Origin: Camelus ferus
Lineage: Eukaryota
DNA length: 64,000 nucleotides
Assembly: GCF_009834535.1 (NCBI RefSeq)
Contig: NC_045697.1
Coordinates: 36,706,001 to 36,770,000, forward strand
Direction of reading: 5' to 3'
A model generated the notes under the pieces. That model did not search any database and was not told where the DNA came from. It saw only the letters and a list, made by a program, of their open reading frames with translations. Position numbers and translations under genes: made by a program. Positions 10,320-22,190 of this stretch are shown piece by piece (position 1 is the stretch's first letter; every line of letters begins with the position of its first letter).

Positions 10320-11960
10320 GACTTCTGAAGAAAGATGGCAGAATGAAGGCAAAGTCGAGATTCTCTTCCCTCGATGTCCAGTATATGAGCAAAAATAATG
10401 AAAACCAACAAGAAAAGGAAATCAGCAGAAGCCAGCAAATAAGGAAATGGGTACAAAGGAGGAAGTGAAGTGATATCATAGATGGCACTTCAGGAAGAGG
10501 AAGACATGGAGACAAAGGGGTGGTTTTAGAAGAGTGCAGGTTCTAATCCTGTGCTCACACCGGAAGCCTTGAATTGTCAAAAATCTTGAGCATTTTCATC
10601 AAAAGCTCCAAATCTGGTAAGAAGCAAACTAGCTGGGCACGTTGGGTTATAGAATGGGTTAATAAGAATACAAGTTTAACATACTGGGGCCCAAAGAGAA
10701 AATGATAAAACAAGACAACGATCTGGGAAAAAAAAATTTTTTCAGTTCTATAGAAACAAATTAAAGACCAAAACAACATTATTATGGAACTAGTAAATAA
10801 ATAAAAATAGCAAAAAAATGGAATAGACACAGCTCAAAATAAAATTACACACAGAAAAAGACACTTGGGATAACATGGTGAGTGTGTGTGAAAAGCACAA
10901 AGCAATTTGAGCCCCTTAGTTTTGCCTGAAGAATCCACAAATAGGACAGACTAAACATGCAAAGATATAAAACAAGGAAACTGTTCTGACAACTGAAGAA
11001 ATGAATCTGCAAATGGAAAGAGCACACAGCAGGATGGAGGAAAGCAGGCACTGAATGATCAGCACCAACAACAGCCTCATAACTCACTGAACATCAAGGA
11101 CTAAGGGAAAAAAAAAAGTCCTTTGACATAAAAAGTAAGGGAAGTCACTTAGGTTGACCTCTAATTTGATAATCAGTATTCAATGCCAGAACATAATAAA
11201 GCACTATCTAGAATTTCTAAGGGCAATTGTGACTCAGTAAGATTTCACCCATCCAACGTGAGTGTGAGTATAAAAGCCACAGATAAACATCCTGACACCT
11301 AAAGAGACTCAGAGAATACACACCTGTGTGGGGGTTTTTTTTGGTTGTTGTTTTGGTTTTCTTTTTTTTTGGAAAAACTATTCCAGGATAAGACTCAGTC
11401 AATTTAGAGATGAGGCAAAACAGAGTAATTGGAAGGGATGGGCTGCGGTAAAAAGGGCTTATCATGGACATAGAATCAACTTGAACACAGAACTGAATAC
11501 AGATGCTGAACAATTATGAATACAGATATTAAACAATTATGGGAGTAATATTTCCACAACAGAATGTGAGTGTTGGAAACTACAATATTGTAAAAAGAGT
11601 AACAGAGCCAGCGTTGGGAAGTGAGAGGGAGAGGGGGGGAAAGTACAAGACTAAAGTTTCACTCATCTTTCATATCCACAAGTCACTCAACACTGTCCAA
11701 AATTGAAGCCTGTTGTTAAAAAATAATGATTCCAACATCTTAACATTTTTCATAATTTCCTTCCTTAACCTTATTTCCCCAAGAGGGAATTTTAAGGAAA
11801 TAATCATTCTTGTGGTAAAGATACATTTAACTAAAGGACAGAATTCCTTTAATTCCTTCAGTCTTAATTTAGTTTTACTTTTTTATGTTAAATTCAAGTA
11901 ATATTAAATCTATTACTTTATTAAGAAGTAGCATGTGTAACATGCTCATATTTCTGCAAA
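10320..11960 (+). mobile_element. HAL1-type (half-L1, ORF1-only) element, decayed, possibly near full length
   Basis: 5' start gacttctgaagaaagatggcagaatg; A-rich body; decayed ORF1 C-terminal signature (ttcaatgccagaac...tgtgactcagtaagatttcacccatccaac...gtataaaagc...gagactcagagaataca); no ORF2-like sequence before the L1M-like 3' tail. Confidence 0.65.
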
Positions 11961-11974
11961 AATATTTCTTCCTC

Positions 11975-12450
11975 TCTAGGTCTGTTTCTTCCCATCTCTG
12001 TTTAGCATACCTTCCCCTCTCCTCTCTTCTCCCTTCCAAATAGTGCCCCGATTTTCATTTAGATGTCCATCTCTCCACCAGGCAAGAGAGGTCCTCTGAA
12101 CCCAGCTCCAGCTCTGGGCTGGTGTGACTGATCCCAGGATAATGCTAGCTCTCCTTCTCCCAGGGAACTCAGGGAAAGCCAGCCAGAATGTGGCAGATTC
12201 CTGCCACAGAATCTGGACTGGTCTTGCCACTCAGCTAAAGCCTAGGAAGCTTGAGGGCGGGTTTGTGGGAGACTTCTGGGGAAAGACACATCCTTGCTTT
12301 TACAATACACTCACCACAGGAGGCGCCCTCTCTCCCTCTCGACTTGGCGTGGGAAGGTGCAAAGCCTAGCGCAGCTACAGAAATTTTTAACACAAGTGAA
12401 TCCACACTGAAACACACACTCCCACACACAGAGGGCAGGGTCACAGAGCA
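11975..12450 (+). mobile_element. ERVL LTR16-like fragment
   Basis: ccagctccagctctggg...gagacttctggggaaag...ccttgctttt...ctctctccctctcgacttggcgtg...agcctagcgcagctacag. Confidence 0.45.
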
Positions 12451-13254
12451 ATAAGGTTGGATCAGACTCCGAGCGTCAATTATGGCAATCAACACATTTC
12501 TATACGTGTTAAACCAATTTGAATCAGATTTTACATATTTTTGGCACTGAAAACATTGTAATTGATACATTTACTTAGAAAGATGTGAAATAATGTTCAC
12601 CTAATGATAACCACTTGGGGTTATTACTAAAAATGTACATTCCTCCTTTGCTTAAATACTTTATAATGAGCATGTTTCATTTCATTCTACAACCACAGAA
12701 AAGTTGTTCTTAAATATTAAATTGTAAAACATAAAAGCTATATATATATATTCATTATAAAAACAAAAAAATCTAAACATTTCCTCTACCAAGTGCCCCA
12801 GGCTAGAATTAGGGAGAAAGAAACAATGTTCTCTGGTCAGAAAATATAATAAAAATGACTTTAGAAATTGTTAACATCTTTATCATGCTGAGCAGTTGAG
12901 TTTTCACAGTACAAGAGGTGATATTATAGCCTCCATTTTATAGAGAAAGATAACTTTTTCATCTTTCGGTGACAGCCTGAAATTCCTTTGAAAAGAGACA
13001 AAGCCTTCAATAGCATGATTAAAGATCAAAGGTTTTTAACATACATGTGATGGAGAAAACTAATATGTACACATGATTAATGTTACTCAAAATGTAAATG
13101 GAAGTAGCAAATCTTTTCCTGGTTTTGTTGGCATGGGGTAGATTGGAAGTCCCTGGACTTTTGAAAGTTGAGAGTGGCTGGGCTTTCTTCAATCTCGTAA
13201 GAAGTCCCAGGTCTCACTCTGAGAGCTGCCACCACCTAAAATTGGACCTCTGGC

Positions 13255-13345
13255 ATTTTTAATGATCTATTTTATTCAATGTTGTCTCTCCAGCACTCAG
13301 CTCAGTACCTGCTATGTAGTGGGTGCTCAGTGAAATCTTGATGAT
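13255..13345 (+). mobile_element. L2 3' end
   Basis: tattcaatgttgtctctccagcactcagctcagtacctgctatgtagtgggtgctcagtgaaatcttgatgatgaa. Confidence 0.8.
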
Positions 13346-13527
13346 GAAAGGAAAGAAAGAAAGGAAAGGGAAGGAAGGAAAGAAGGAAGGAAGAAAGAAA
13401 AGAGGGAAGGAGGGAGGGAGGGACAGACGGACGGAGGGAGGGAAGAAGGGAAAAAGAAAGAAAGCAAGCAGGAGGGCAGAAGGGAGGAAGGAAGGAAGAA
13501 ACAGAGAAGGAAAGAGAAAGGGAGGAA
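13346..13527 (+). repeat. Polypurine (GAAG/GGAG/GAAA)n low-complexity tract grown from the L2 tail
   Basis: About 180 bp of almost pure purines, seen directly. Confidence 0.95.
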
Positions 13528-13629
13528 CTGTTTCTAGCCTCACTTCTGATCCACCCCCCGTCCCCTTCTCTAAGTTGCTGGTGCCTTGGAAGGGTTAAAC
13601 CTGTCTTCCTCTTTCTCCTTTTTCTCCTC

Positions 13630-13850
13630 CTACTGGCAGGAGCTCAAACAGCCATCTTGGACCATGAGAGCGTGAAAGGGAAACTGCATTTCGAGGAGGA
13701 CAAAGTAACAAGATGGAATCCCAGTTAAGCCACTATTGCAGCTTAAACTGTCCTCCCAGACTTCTGAATGGGGAGTTTAAAAAGTCTATCTTGTTATAGT
13801 TGCTGCATTTTGGTCTCTTAGAAATAGCAGCCTGACTCTTGACTAGTAGT
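13630..13850 (+). mobile_element. MLT1J/K-like MaLR LTR fragment
   Basis: cagccatcttggaccatgag...aacaagatggaa...tctatcttgttatagttgctgcattttggtctct...agcagcc. Confidence 0.6.
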
Positions 13851-13954
13851 AGTCAAGTACGGACACGTTCTAATAGAAATAACAGTTACCAGGATGGCAA
13901 AATCATTGGTAATTCTTTAATTCAGTTCTTTCTTTTTTCTTAAATACTAGATTT

Positions 13955-14472
13955 TTAGAAATTCAGCTGGTTTGAGGGAATTCATTGGGTCACACAATTA
14001 AAACTTCCAGGGGATTTTGGGCCCCAGGTATAGTTAGATCCAAGGACTAAACAATGTCTGGAGAATTCAATCTCTCTCTCCATCCCTTGGCTCCGTTTTT
14101 CTCTGTATTCAATTGACTCCCAAGCAGGATGTCTCTATGAGGTAAAGGCTGAAGCTCCTGGCTTACAGTAACCTGAGAGACATCAGTTGCAGTGGGAAAA
14201 AAACAAAATAAAACCCTTATCCCCAGAGTTTCCATAAAATCCTCAAGGTTGACTCTCACTGGCCTCTCACTGAATCATGTGCTCATCCCTGAACCAATCA
14301 CTGTGGCCTGTGGTTCAGGCCTGGGACATGTGTCTGCCCCTGGAACTGGGTCAGTTCAGCTCTACCCGAGCCAAGTGCACTGAGAGTGGGAAAGGTGAGG
14401 TTCCCCAAGGACAGGTACTTTTACCAGAAAGAAAGGAAGGAATGCAGGCAGGCAACAACCGCAGATGTCTAC
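13955..14472 (-). mobile_element. LTR33-like ERVL LTR
   Basis: gagggaattcattgggtcacacaatt...gttagatccaaggactaaacaatg...tcatgtgctcatccctgaaccaatcactgtggcc...gttccccaagg...ttaccagaaagaaagg. Confidence 0.7.
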
Positions 14473-14477
14473 TATAA

Positions 14478-14615
14478 TTTATTCCTTGATTCAACAAATA
14501 TTTATTGAAACACCAAGAATGTGCGTAGCCTTGTCTTAAGCAACAGGCACGCAGACTGAAGATGGCAGACAAAAACCCCTGCTCTCCCAGAAAGGTCCTC
14601 ACATTCAATAATGAT
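14478..14615 (-). mobile_element. L2 3' end, antisense
   Basis: attcaacaaatatttattgaaacacc...gacaaaaacccctgctctcc...ctcacattc. Confidence 0.75.
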
Positions 14616-16957
14616 GAAGCGATTTCCTGTGTCCTCTTAAAAAGCTGATGTGTACCTTCTTCTGGGAATATTACCAAACTCATCAATGGCTCTAGAACAA
14701 TCTTTAGGTCCACAGAGAAGCAAGTGGGGCTTTTAAATCATGGAGAAGGGGCATGCAAAGGCAGGATGGAGTTTTTCTTGTGAAGGTGAAAGGAATCATG
14801 AAAAAGTAAAGGAAATAGCCAAAGAGTTTACAGGTGGAGTCTGGGCATTTTTCAGGTGATGTCGTCTCACTTCCAAGGAGAACTCAGTTATTCTTTTCTC
14901 TATCCACTCCCCCATCCTAATCTTGCAGCAGAGTTTAAAGGGCTGGAAGAAATATGAGTCTGACATATGGGCACCAGTTAGGGTTATCTACATCCAGGAA
15001 ATAAAATACTAACTTCTATAGATGTTTCGAGTGGAAATTGCAAAGTCATTTGTCCCCTGGAGAAGTATGGAAGCACTTGCTGTGGTTTCCTGTTTTGCAC
15101 AGTCTCCCTCCCTGCCAACTTGTTGTCTCGACAAATTTATTTTCAATAGTGGTAGGACACATGCTTATAATTTTAGGAATGGAGGCACTTGAGATAAGGT
15201 GGAACTTGTCACTGGAAAATGAGCTCCAGTGAAATTGTTTCCTGGTCCCATATTTCAAGATATGTTGGTTATCCTCCAAAAAGGGCCCGAATCAACAAAA
15301 TTAACTCAGAGCTTTGTGCAAACTTCTGACCCAGGCCCAGACCATATTTTAAATGACCCATAAACATTTGTTTTGTACCCCTTCTCCTCAGTGCCGGCCC
15401 TCTTCTCCCCCACCCAGCTGCCACAACTTGGAAAATACTGCTAAGCATAAGTTTTTTATTTATTTAAACAAATATCTGGTGAAGAAAGACAATGGAGACA
15501 ATCAAATTTTGGTGGTGGTTGGGGCAGGGCTGAGGGTGGGGGAAGAGTTGAGAAAAGATCAGCAATGAATTTCATTCTCCTCCAGTCGTCACTAGGGCAT
15601 TTGGGGTGACCTGTTAGGTCCTTGCCAAAAGCCAAACAAAAGGGCAGGCTTGTCAGAGGTGAAGAAATTTTTTGTGCATACTGTTTGACTCAGCTTCTTA
15701 AAACCAAAGTGTCTCTTACAGATGGGCTTACTAGTTACTTTCCTCTCTCGGAGACTTAGTTTCCCTCATCTGTGAATTGGGGTTAATAACACAGCTCCTG
15801 GGGTATGGTCCTATGTCAAGCACCAGGCGTGCTGGGGGGCACAGCCGGAGTGGGCAGTACAAGGGAGTCACACACATGTGCGCGTGCGCACAACGGCACG
15901 TTCACGGAGTTGTTTATCTCACGTTTAAAGAGTTGGCAGTAAAGCCTCGGATTAGAGTCTTTCCATTACAGGTGACCCAACCAGCAATGTCTTCAGACTC
16001 AACTCAGGAGCCACTTGACAGGATTGTTCAATCCTAGACAAAGTCAGCTCTCCTTGACGGCTGAAGCATGTCTTCCAGCTCCAAGAGGCCATTTAGATAA
16101 CAGAGGCAAGTCTGAGATGAGAAATGGCTGATAGCAGTCCCAAAATAGAGCCAATCTGAGGTGGAATAAAAGCCCTCTGTTGCTCATCAGTGTCAGCGGC
16201 ACCTGTGTGTGAAAGGTGCCGGGAGCTTCCCATATAAGGCGGGAGATGGGTCTCCAGGAGACAAGCGCAGAGTCTGGAAAACTGCTGAACTGGAGAAGGT
16301 CATTGCTCCGGCCACTAATGTGACAGAGGCCACGGAAGACACCTTTCCTACTGCCTCGTTTCACAAAGAAACCAAGGCTCACAGAGGTTGAGTCAGTTAC
16401 CCGAGATCACGTCTTTAGATGGAGGCAAAACTAAGAAGGAGAACTCCGGTCTCCAGCCTCTGAGCTCCATCGGTGACCTCCCCTTGTTTCCTGGGGTCAG
16501 CCCGCCTCGCTGGGGCTCGAGAGGGATTATTCTGGCCAACATCCGGAGTGGAGGAGAGGCAAGGCTTTGAGGAGCAGGGAACACCAAAGAAGACAGGGAA
16601 AGGAAGGTTCTTTAGAACAAAAACAAAAACAAAAACAAAAAAACAGGCAGAGAGTAAGAAGAAGAGAAAGAAATGTGTTTTTAAATATAAAGTTGATGGG
16701 GGCGGCTGTGTTTAATCAAGCTAGGATGGCTGTGATGATGTATGACCAGAAGCAAGGACTGTGGTGTCAGATGGACCCTCCTGAGGGCACTGGAGCAGCT
16801 ACAGAAAGCAAATGACAAGCTAAAGTCCTTTCATTCTGACTTTTCTTGAAGTCATACTGTCCCCTGGAACATTGCAAGTGGGATGATGAAGATTTAGCAA
16901 AATTCAAGACAGGACCGATTCTGAGGATAAATTGGTGCCTACTACTAATAAAATGGA

Positions 16958-17132
16958 TCTGAGAATATGACCCCAGACCATCAGTGTCATCATCACCTGG
17001 GAACTTACTAGAACTGCAAATTCTCAGACCCCACCCCAGACTTACTAAATCAGAGACTCCAGGTGTGGGGCCCAGCAATCTGTTTTAACAAGCCCCCAGG
17101 TGATCTGACACATATTAATGTTTGAGAATCAC
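16958..17132. mobile_element. MER5A hAT-Charlie MITE
   Basis: catcacctgggaacttactagaactgcaaattctcagaccccaccccagacttactaaatcagagactc...ggggcccagcaatctgttttaacaagccc. Confidence 0.9.
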
Positions 17133-17139
17133 AAGTTTA

Positions 17140-17310
17140 TACAGACTTGAACTCCTGTCTTCTCCACTCATAATCGGCATGACTTTTGGCATGACTTTTA
17201 GTCTAAGCCTCAGTCTTCTCAGCTGTGTCAGCTGGACTCTGACGATCCTACATTATAGGACTGTTATGAAAATTAAGTAATACGTATACAGAGCTTAGAA
17301 AAGAGTCTGT
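17140..17310 (+). mobile_element. MIR SINE
   Basis: cagacttgaactcctg...ctaagcctcagtcttctcagctgt...ggactgttatgaaaattaag. Confidence 0.65.
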
Positions 17311-17474
17311 CACAGAGCATTCAGAAACGGTGGGGTTTTTTTGGAACCATCTTTTAGGGCTGTAATGAGGATGAAAGGGTTTTTAGAGTTTAGTACAGTA
17401 AACAGTAGGCACATAATAAATAGTCTGCACTCAGTAATGCTAGCGGGCAGCAGTATCAGTGGTAGTGGAAGTGG

Positions 17475-17720
17475 TAGTGACATACTACTTAACACCTATA
17501 TTGTATTTATCCTGGACTAGGCATGTTTGTGAGCCCTGTACATACTACACTGTAATACTTAAAACAACCCTATTAAGCATAATTATTACCACCTTTAAGA
17601 TGAGGAAATCATGCTACAGAAGGGTTAAGTTTCTCTGTCAAGGTTATATAGCTAATAAGTGATAGAACAAGGATCCAAAACCAGGTTGTCTAGTTCTGGA
17701 GTCTGTGTGCATAAGCACTA
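17475..17720 (-). mobile_element. MIR SINE
   Basis: acaaccctattaag...tttaagatgaggaaatc...agggttaagtttctctgtcaaggttatatagctaataagtgatagaacaaggatccaaaaccagg. Confidence 0.8.
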
Positions 17721-18539
17721 ATCTGGGGAGATAGGAAGAGATGCTGAGAGAAGGGAAGGAATAGGAGAGAGAACAGAGGGGATGGGAGGAGAGGGGAGGG
17801 GAGAGAAGATGCCATTTTATATTTATTCCATTTCCTAAAAATGGAATCCATCTTCTTGCACAATTTACAGCCAAAGAAATGATGAATAGCGCTGCCTCCA
17901 GCCTGAAGTTCCAAGGAAGGGAAGACAAATGTTCAGCAGGAGCCCCCAGGGGCAGGGGGTTGGCCAGCTCTGGGTTTATATCTTTTTCACTGGTAATGAT
18001 CTGGGAAACAGAAAAACATTACCTGTCAGTGTCACTGGAGCTGGTGCTATTGGGAAAGGCCCCACAGGACATACAAAAGGAACTAACAGAGAGAATTCAG
18101 AAATCCTGGCCAATGGTGGGCCAGGACAGCTGTAGAGAAATAATCCCAATTGGATTTGGGGGAGGGGGCAGGGGAGAGGCAGGTGAAAACACGTGTCTTC
18201 TGGTCCACTGTCACGCTGTGATACAAAAGCCAAAGTTCCTCCAAAGAGCCAAGGCCGCAGCAGAGAGAAATTGGAGAGACAGTGCCTGCAAAGTGGAGAA
18301 AGGGAACCCCCTTTCCTTCTTCCCTTGCAGCCTGCATGGGCACACCTGGAAGATGGCCTTTGGTATTTGCTGGGATACTTCGAACATAACTCCATTTTCT
18401 AAAGGTACTCAGGGAAGAGCAACCACAAAAGACTGAGGAACAGAAGAAAGGGATTCCTAGATGTGGGAAATATATACGTTGGTAATGACTGGAGGGGAAT
18501 GAGATTCATTTGTCAGCACAAGAAAAGGAAAGTTTCAAT

Positions 18540-18828
18540 TCAGCTGATCTGGTATTTATTACATGCCCACTACTTGTTAATTACTCTCTAGGTTCTGGTA
18601 AAGCAAGAGACAAATGAAATCCAGTCCTGCCTTGAAAAGTTCCCAGTTTAATGCAGGAAGAGAATTGTAAACAAATAATTATATGTATTGTAAAAAAGGG
18701 CCATTAAAGGGATATCCTGAGACTGCAGAGTAGGTGTATATAACTCAGTCCAGCCCAGAAGGGAGCAGGTATTAGGGAAGACTTCCTGGAGGAGGTGATG
18801 CTTGAGTTGAGTCTTAAAATATAAGGAA
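18540..18828 (-). mobile_element. L2 fragment
   Basis: tatttattacatgcccactac...ccagtcctgccttgaaaagttccc...agggaagacttcctggaggaggtgatgcttgagttgagtcttaaa. Confidence 0.8.
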
Positions 18829-19370
18829 TATATCAGGTAGGATGCCTGTGGTTGCATGTAACAAAAAATCTAAACTCAACTGCCTCTCATAAGGGAACTT
18901 ACTATACCACATCGTACAGAGACTAGAGATCATCCAGATTAGGTAAACCAACAGCTGGACAATGTTTTCAAGGAGCCAGTTTCTTTCCATGTCTCTCTTT
19001 TGCCCTCCTCAACATGTTAGCTGTGTTCCCAAACCACCATCCCTCGTGGTCACAAGATGGCTGCAGAAATTCCAGACATCACATCTGGACATATCCATGT
19101 CAAGAAGGAAAGGGTTCTCTTTCTGTTTTTGTTTTTTGTGTTTTTTTGTTTGTTTTTTGAAGGAAGTAAGTCTTTCACAAAAGGGTCCCCTACAGACTTT
19201 CCCTTATATCTCATTGTCCAGAATGGTTATTCATCCCCACACCTAATCCATTCCCTATGGGGGGGAAAAACAGGAATTAAAATCCACCATAAGTAACTTA
19301 GACCATTAGGGATCCATCACCCAAGAGAAGAGCAGTTACCTAAATAAAGGCAATAAGGGCCCAGATTATG
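18829..19370 (-). mobile_element. MLT1K/L-like MaLR LTR
   Basis: tatcaggtaggatgc...gttgcatgtaacaaaaaatc...ggtcacaagatggctgcagaaattccagacatcacatc...cagactttcccttatatctcattgtccagaa. Confidence 0.7.
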
Positions 19371-19432
19371 GAGGATGTTTCATGGACCACATTTAACAGG
19401 GCAGGTGTTTACAATAACCGCCTTTCTTCTCT

Positions 19433-20050
19433 AACAGCTTTATTCAAGTACAATTGAAATATTTAAAATTTCACATATTTAAGTATACAATTTGATATGA
19501 TTTGACATATGTATGCCTGTGTGAAAGATCATCACCATCAATACAATGAACATAATCAGCACCCCTAAAAGATTTCCCCTCAGGCTCCTTGTTACCCACT
19601 CCACCCTCTTGCCCACAGGCAACCACTAATTGACTCAGCAAAATTATTTTGAAATTTGCCCATGACTTTGTGTGTATTAACTGTTCATTCCTTTTTATTG
19701 CTTAGTAGTAGTCCATTGTATAGATACTACAATTTGTTTATCCATTCACCTGTTGATGGATATTTGGGTTGTTTCCAGTTTGGGTTATGACAAGTAAAAC
19801 TGCTATGAACATTTGTAGAGAGGTCACTGTATGAATAGATGCTTTTATTTCTCTTGAGTAAACTTCTAGGAAGACAATGACCAAATCATATGGTAGGCAT
19901 AATAGGCATATGGTTAACTTTTAAAGAAACTGTCTTCCTGTTTTCCGCAGCAGTTGTACCATTTTACATTCCTATCAATGGTGTTTGAGCATCTCAGTTG
20001 CTCTACATCATCACCAGCACTTGATAGGGTCAGTCCTAATGTTAGACTTT
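19433..20050 (-). mobile_element. L1M (L1MB/MC-type) 3' region, antisense
   Basis: aacagctttattcaagtacaattga...aggcaaccactaat...ttgtttatccattcacctgttgatggatatttgggttgtttccagttt...gttgtaccattttacattcc. Confidence 0.85.
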
Positions 20051-20054
20051 CTCA

Positions 20055-20610
20055 GAGAGGTCAACAACTCCTTTCTACAATAAATACTTTGTAACACCCC
20101 CTCTATTATCAGGAAATAAAAGTTGTTATGATACCTATCCATAATGCAGAATTACAAAGATGCCAACACAATGCCCTAACTGTAAAGTGAAAGAGAAATA
20201 AAAAGAAAATTTCTAATAAAATAACATGTGCTTCATTATGTAAATAAGTGGGCTATCCTGGAAGCCATAATAAAATAGTCAAATGTTTACTCATGCATGT
20301 GGAGTCACTGTGGATGCTCCAGTGACAGCTGCAAAGCAACAGAAGGTGTCGTTTGCCAACCCAAACCCTACAAGCAGCACTGCCATCCCTGATGTGATTT
20401 GCCAAAATGGCCAACAACTTTGACTAAACTCCTAGACAAAACAACTGCATTTGTGTAAAAATTAATATTTATTAAAACTATGGAAAAACTGCTTTGTGCT
20501 TATACTTATAAAGTTAGATTCTAGGCTCAGATAGAAAGAGATCTATTTGTTTCTTTTTCTATGTATCTGAATGTCCAGTGGGTGTTAGAAAGCCATGTGG
20601 GCAAGACCTT
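20055..20610. mobile_element. Probable old hAT-Charlie DNA transposon fragment (family not resolved)
   Basis: AT-rich stretch resembling Charlie-type elements (ttctacaataaatactttgtaacacccc..., acaatgccctaactgtaaagtgaaagagaaataaaaag); recall only. Confidence 0.35.
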
Positions 20611-20634
20611 TGATTATATTCTAGATTAAAAAAA

Positions 20635-21330
20635 AAATCTAGACAGGATATTATTGGTACAATTTGGGAAATTTATAAATATGGACTGTAAATTATTAAT
20701 GTAAGGTAGAATCGTATCAGTGTTAAATTTCCTGAGTCTATAATCTATAGCTCTGTAAGAGAATGTCCTCGTAATTAGGAAAGATAAGTGAAATATTTAG
20801 GGGTAAAGTATTAGGATCTCTGTGATTAAATCTCTCATGATTTAGCCAAGGGGAGAAAAAGAGGTTTTCCTATAAACACACAGAGAAAATAATAAAGCAA
20901 ATGTGCCAAAATATTACCAGTTGGAGAAGACAGGTGAAGGGTACCCAGGGTTCCTTGAACTATTCTTGCATCTTTTCTGTCAGTGTGAATACAGTCAGCC
21001 CTCAGTATCTACAGGTTCCATATCCATAGATTCAATCACCCATGGATCGAAAATATTTGGGAAAAAAAACTACTATGTTCCAAAAAGCGAAACTTGTATT
21101 TGCCTTGCACTAGCAACTGCTTACATAGCATTTACATTGATTAGGTACCATAAGAAATCTAGGGATAAATTTAAACTATACAGGAGAATGTGTGTAGGTT
21201 ATATGCAAATACTACACCATTTTATATAAAGGACTTGAGCATCCATAGTTCTGGTACCCACTGGGGTCTTGGAACCAATCCTTCATGGATACTGAGGGAC
21301 TGCTGTATTTTCCAAAAGAAAAAGTTGAAT
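20635..21330 (+). mobile_element. L1ME/L1MC 3' end interrupted by MER2
   Basis: ggatattattggtacaatttgggaaattt...tatcagtgttaaatttcctga...aaagcaaatgtgccaaaatatt...aggtgaagggtac...; tail resumes after MER2 as ttttccaaaagaaaaagtt. Confidence 0.8.
20992..21305. mobile_element. MER2-type TcMar-Tigger MITE
   Basis: TIRs cagtcagccctcagtatc / gatactgagggactgctg, flanked by TA dinucleotides (20990-20991, 21306-21307). Confidence 0.9.
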
Positions 21331-21677
21331 AAAGGTTGGAAAGCTTTTTGTTGGCTGCAGAGCTTAAAGAAAGGAAAGTTATGCAGGATGTGGGATAATT
21401 CTCTGCCATGTGAAACAGCTCCCTGCTCCTGCTCCTTCCTGAGCTTCAACCTACTAAATGTAGATTGTCACCCTGAATGGCTATGGAGTTCAAAAGTGCC
21501 CCCCCAGCTCCTGAACATTTCCTTTAACTGAGACAGAGACAGAGACAGAAAGCGAGCCAGCACTTGGTACCTCCCCACTCCCCTGAAACCCATCACTGGA
21601 GGAGACCCCAGGTAGTGATGGGCACAGAGTCAGGGGTCAGAAGAATTCATAGGCTTCTGGAGCGAAACAGAGATCAT

Positions 21678-21872
21678 CTCATTGCTCAAAGCGGGGTCCG
21701 TGGACCAGCAGTACCAGCTTGGGGAGTGGGGCCGGGAGGGGGGTGTTGACTGAAATGAGTCTCAGCTCCTACCCCACGCTCCTCACCCCCACCCCCAAAC
21801 TGATGAATCAGAATCTGTGTTTTAACAAGATCTAGGTGATGTTACCGCATGTTAAAGTTGGAGAAGCTCCGC
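21678..21872. mobile_element. MER5A/B MITE
   Basis: tgctcaaagcggggtccgtggaccagcag...tgaatcagaatctgtgttttaacaagatc...ttaaagttggagaagc. Confidence 0.75.
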
Positions 21873-22029
21873 TTTAGACTGCGGATTTTAAGCCGTGTCC
21901 TCTGAGCAATCCTGTGGGTGGCATGAGCATGGGGAGGGGGTCGCCTTCATTCCTGTTCCAACCAGAGACCCAGTTGCTTGGGCTTCCATTTAACCCTTGG
22001 GTTGAAGAAAGGGTAGACGGCTAAAAACA

Positions 22030-22190
22030 TTTGAAAACCAGCCTCCAACTCTCATTCTACCAATGATGAAACAGGGGCCCCTGGAGGTTACGAGACTTGC
22101 CAACATGCACAGGATGTATTTGTGACAATCAGGACTCAAACCCAGAGCTCCCCACCATGAGCACCGTGCTCTTCCCACCAGTGCTCTGAG
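22030..22190 (-). mobile_element. MIR SINE
   Basis: ctcattctaccaatgatgaaacaggggccc...gaggttacgagacttgccaac...ggactcaaacccag. Confidence 0.7.

Noticed and set aside
13259..13598. Lys/Arg/Gly-rich and Phe/Pro/Ser-rich ORFs
   Set aside because: Artefact of the stop-free polypurine repeat.
17879..18436. 185-aa ORF and overlapping ORFs on both strands
   Set aside because: No recognisable protein features; stacked ORFs in several frames reflect local GC content; no convincing splice sites.
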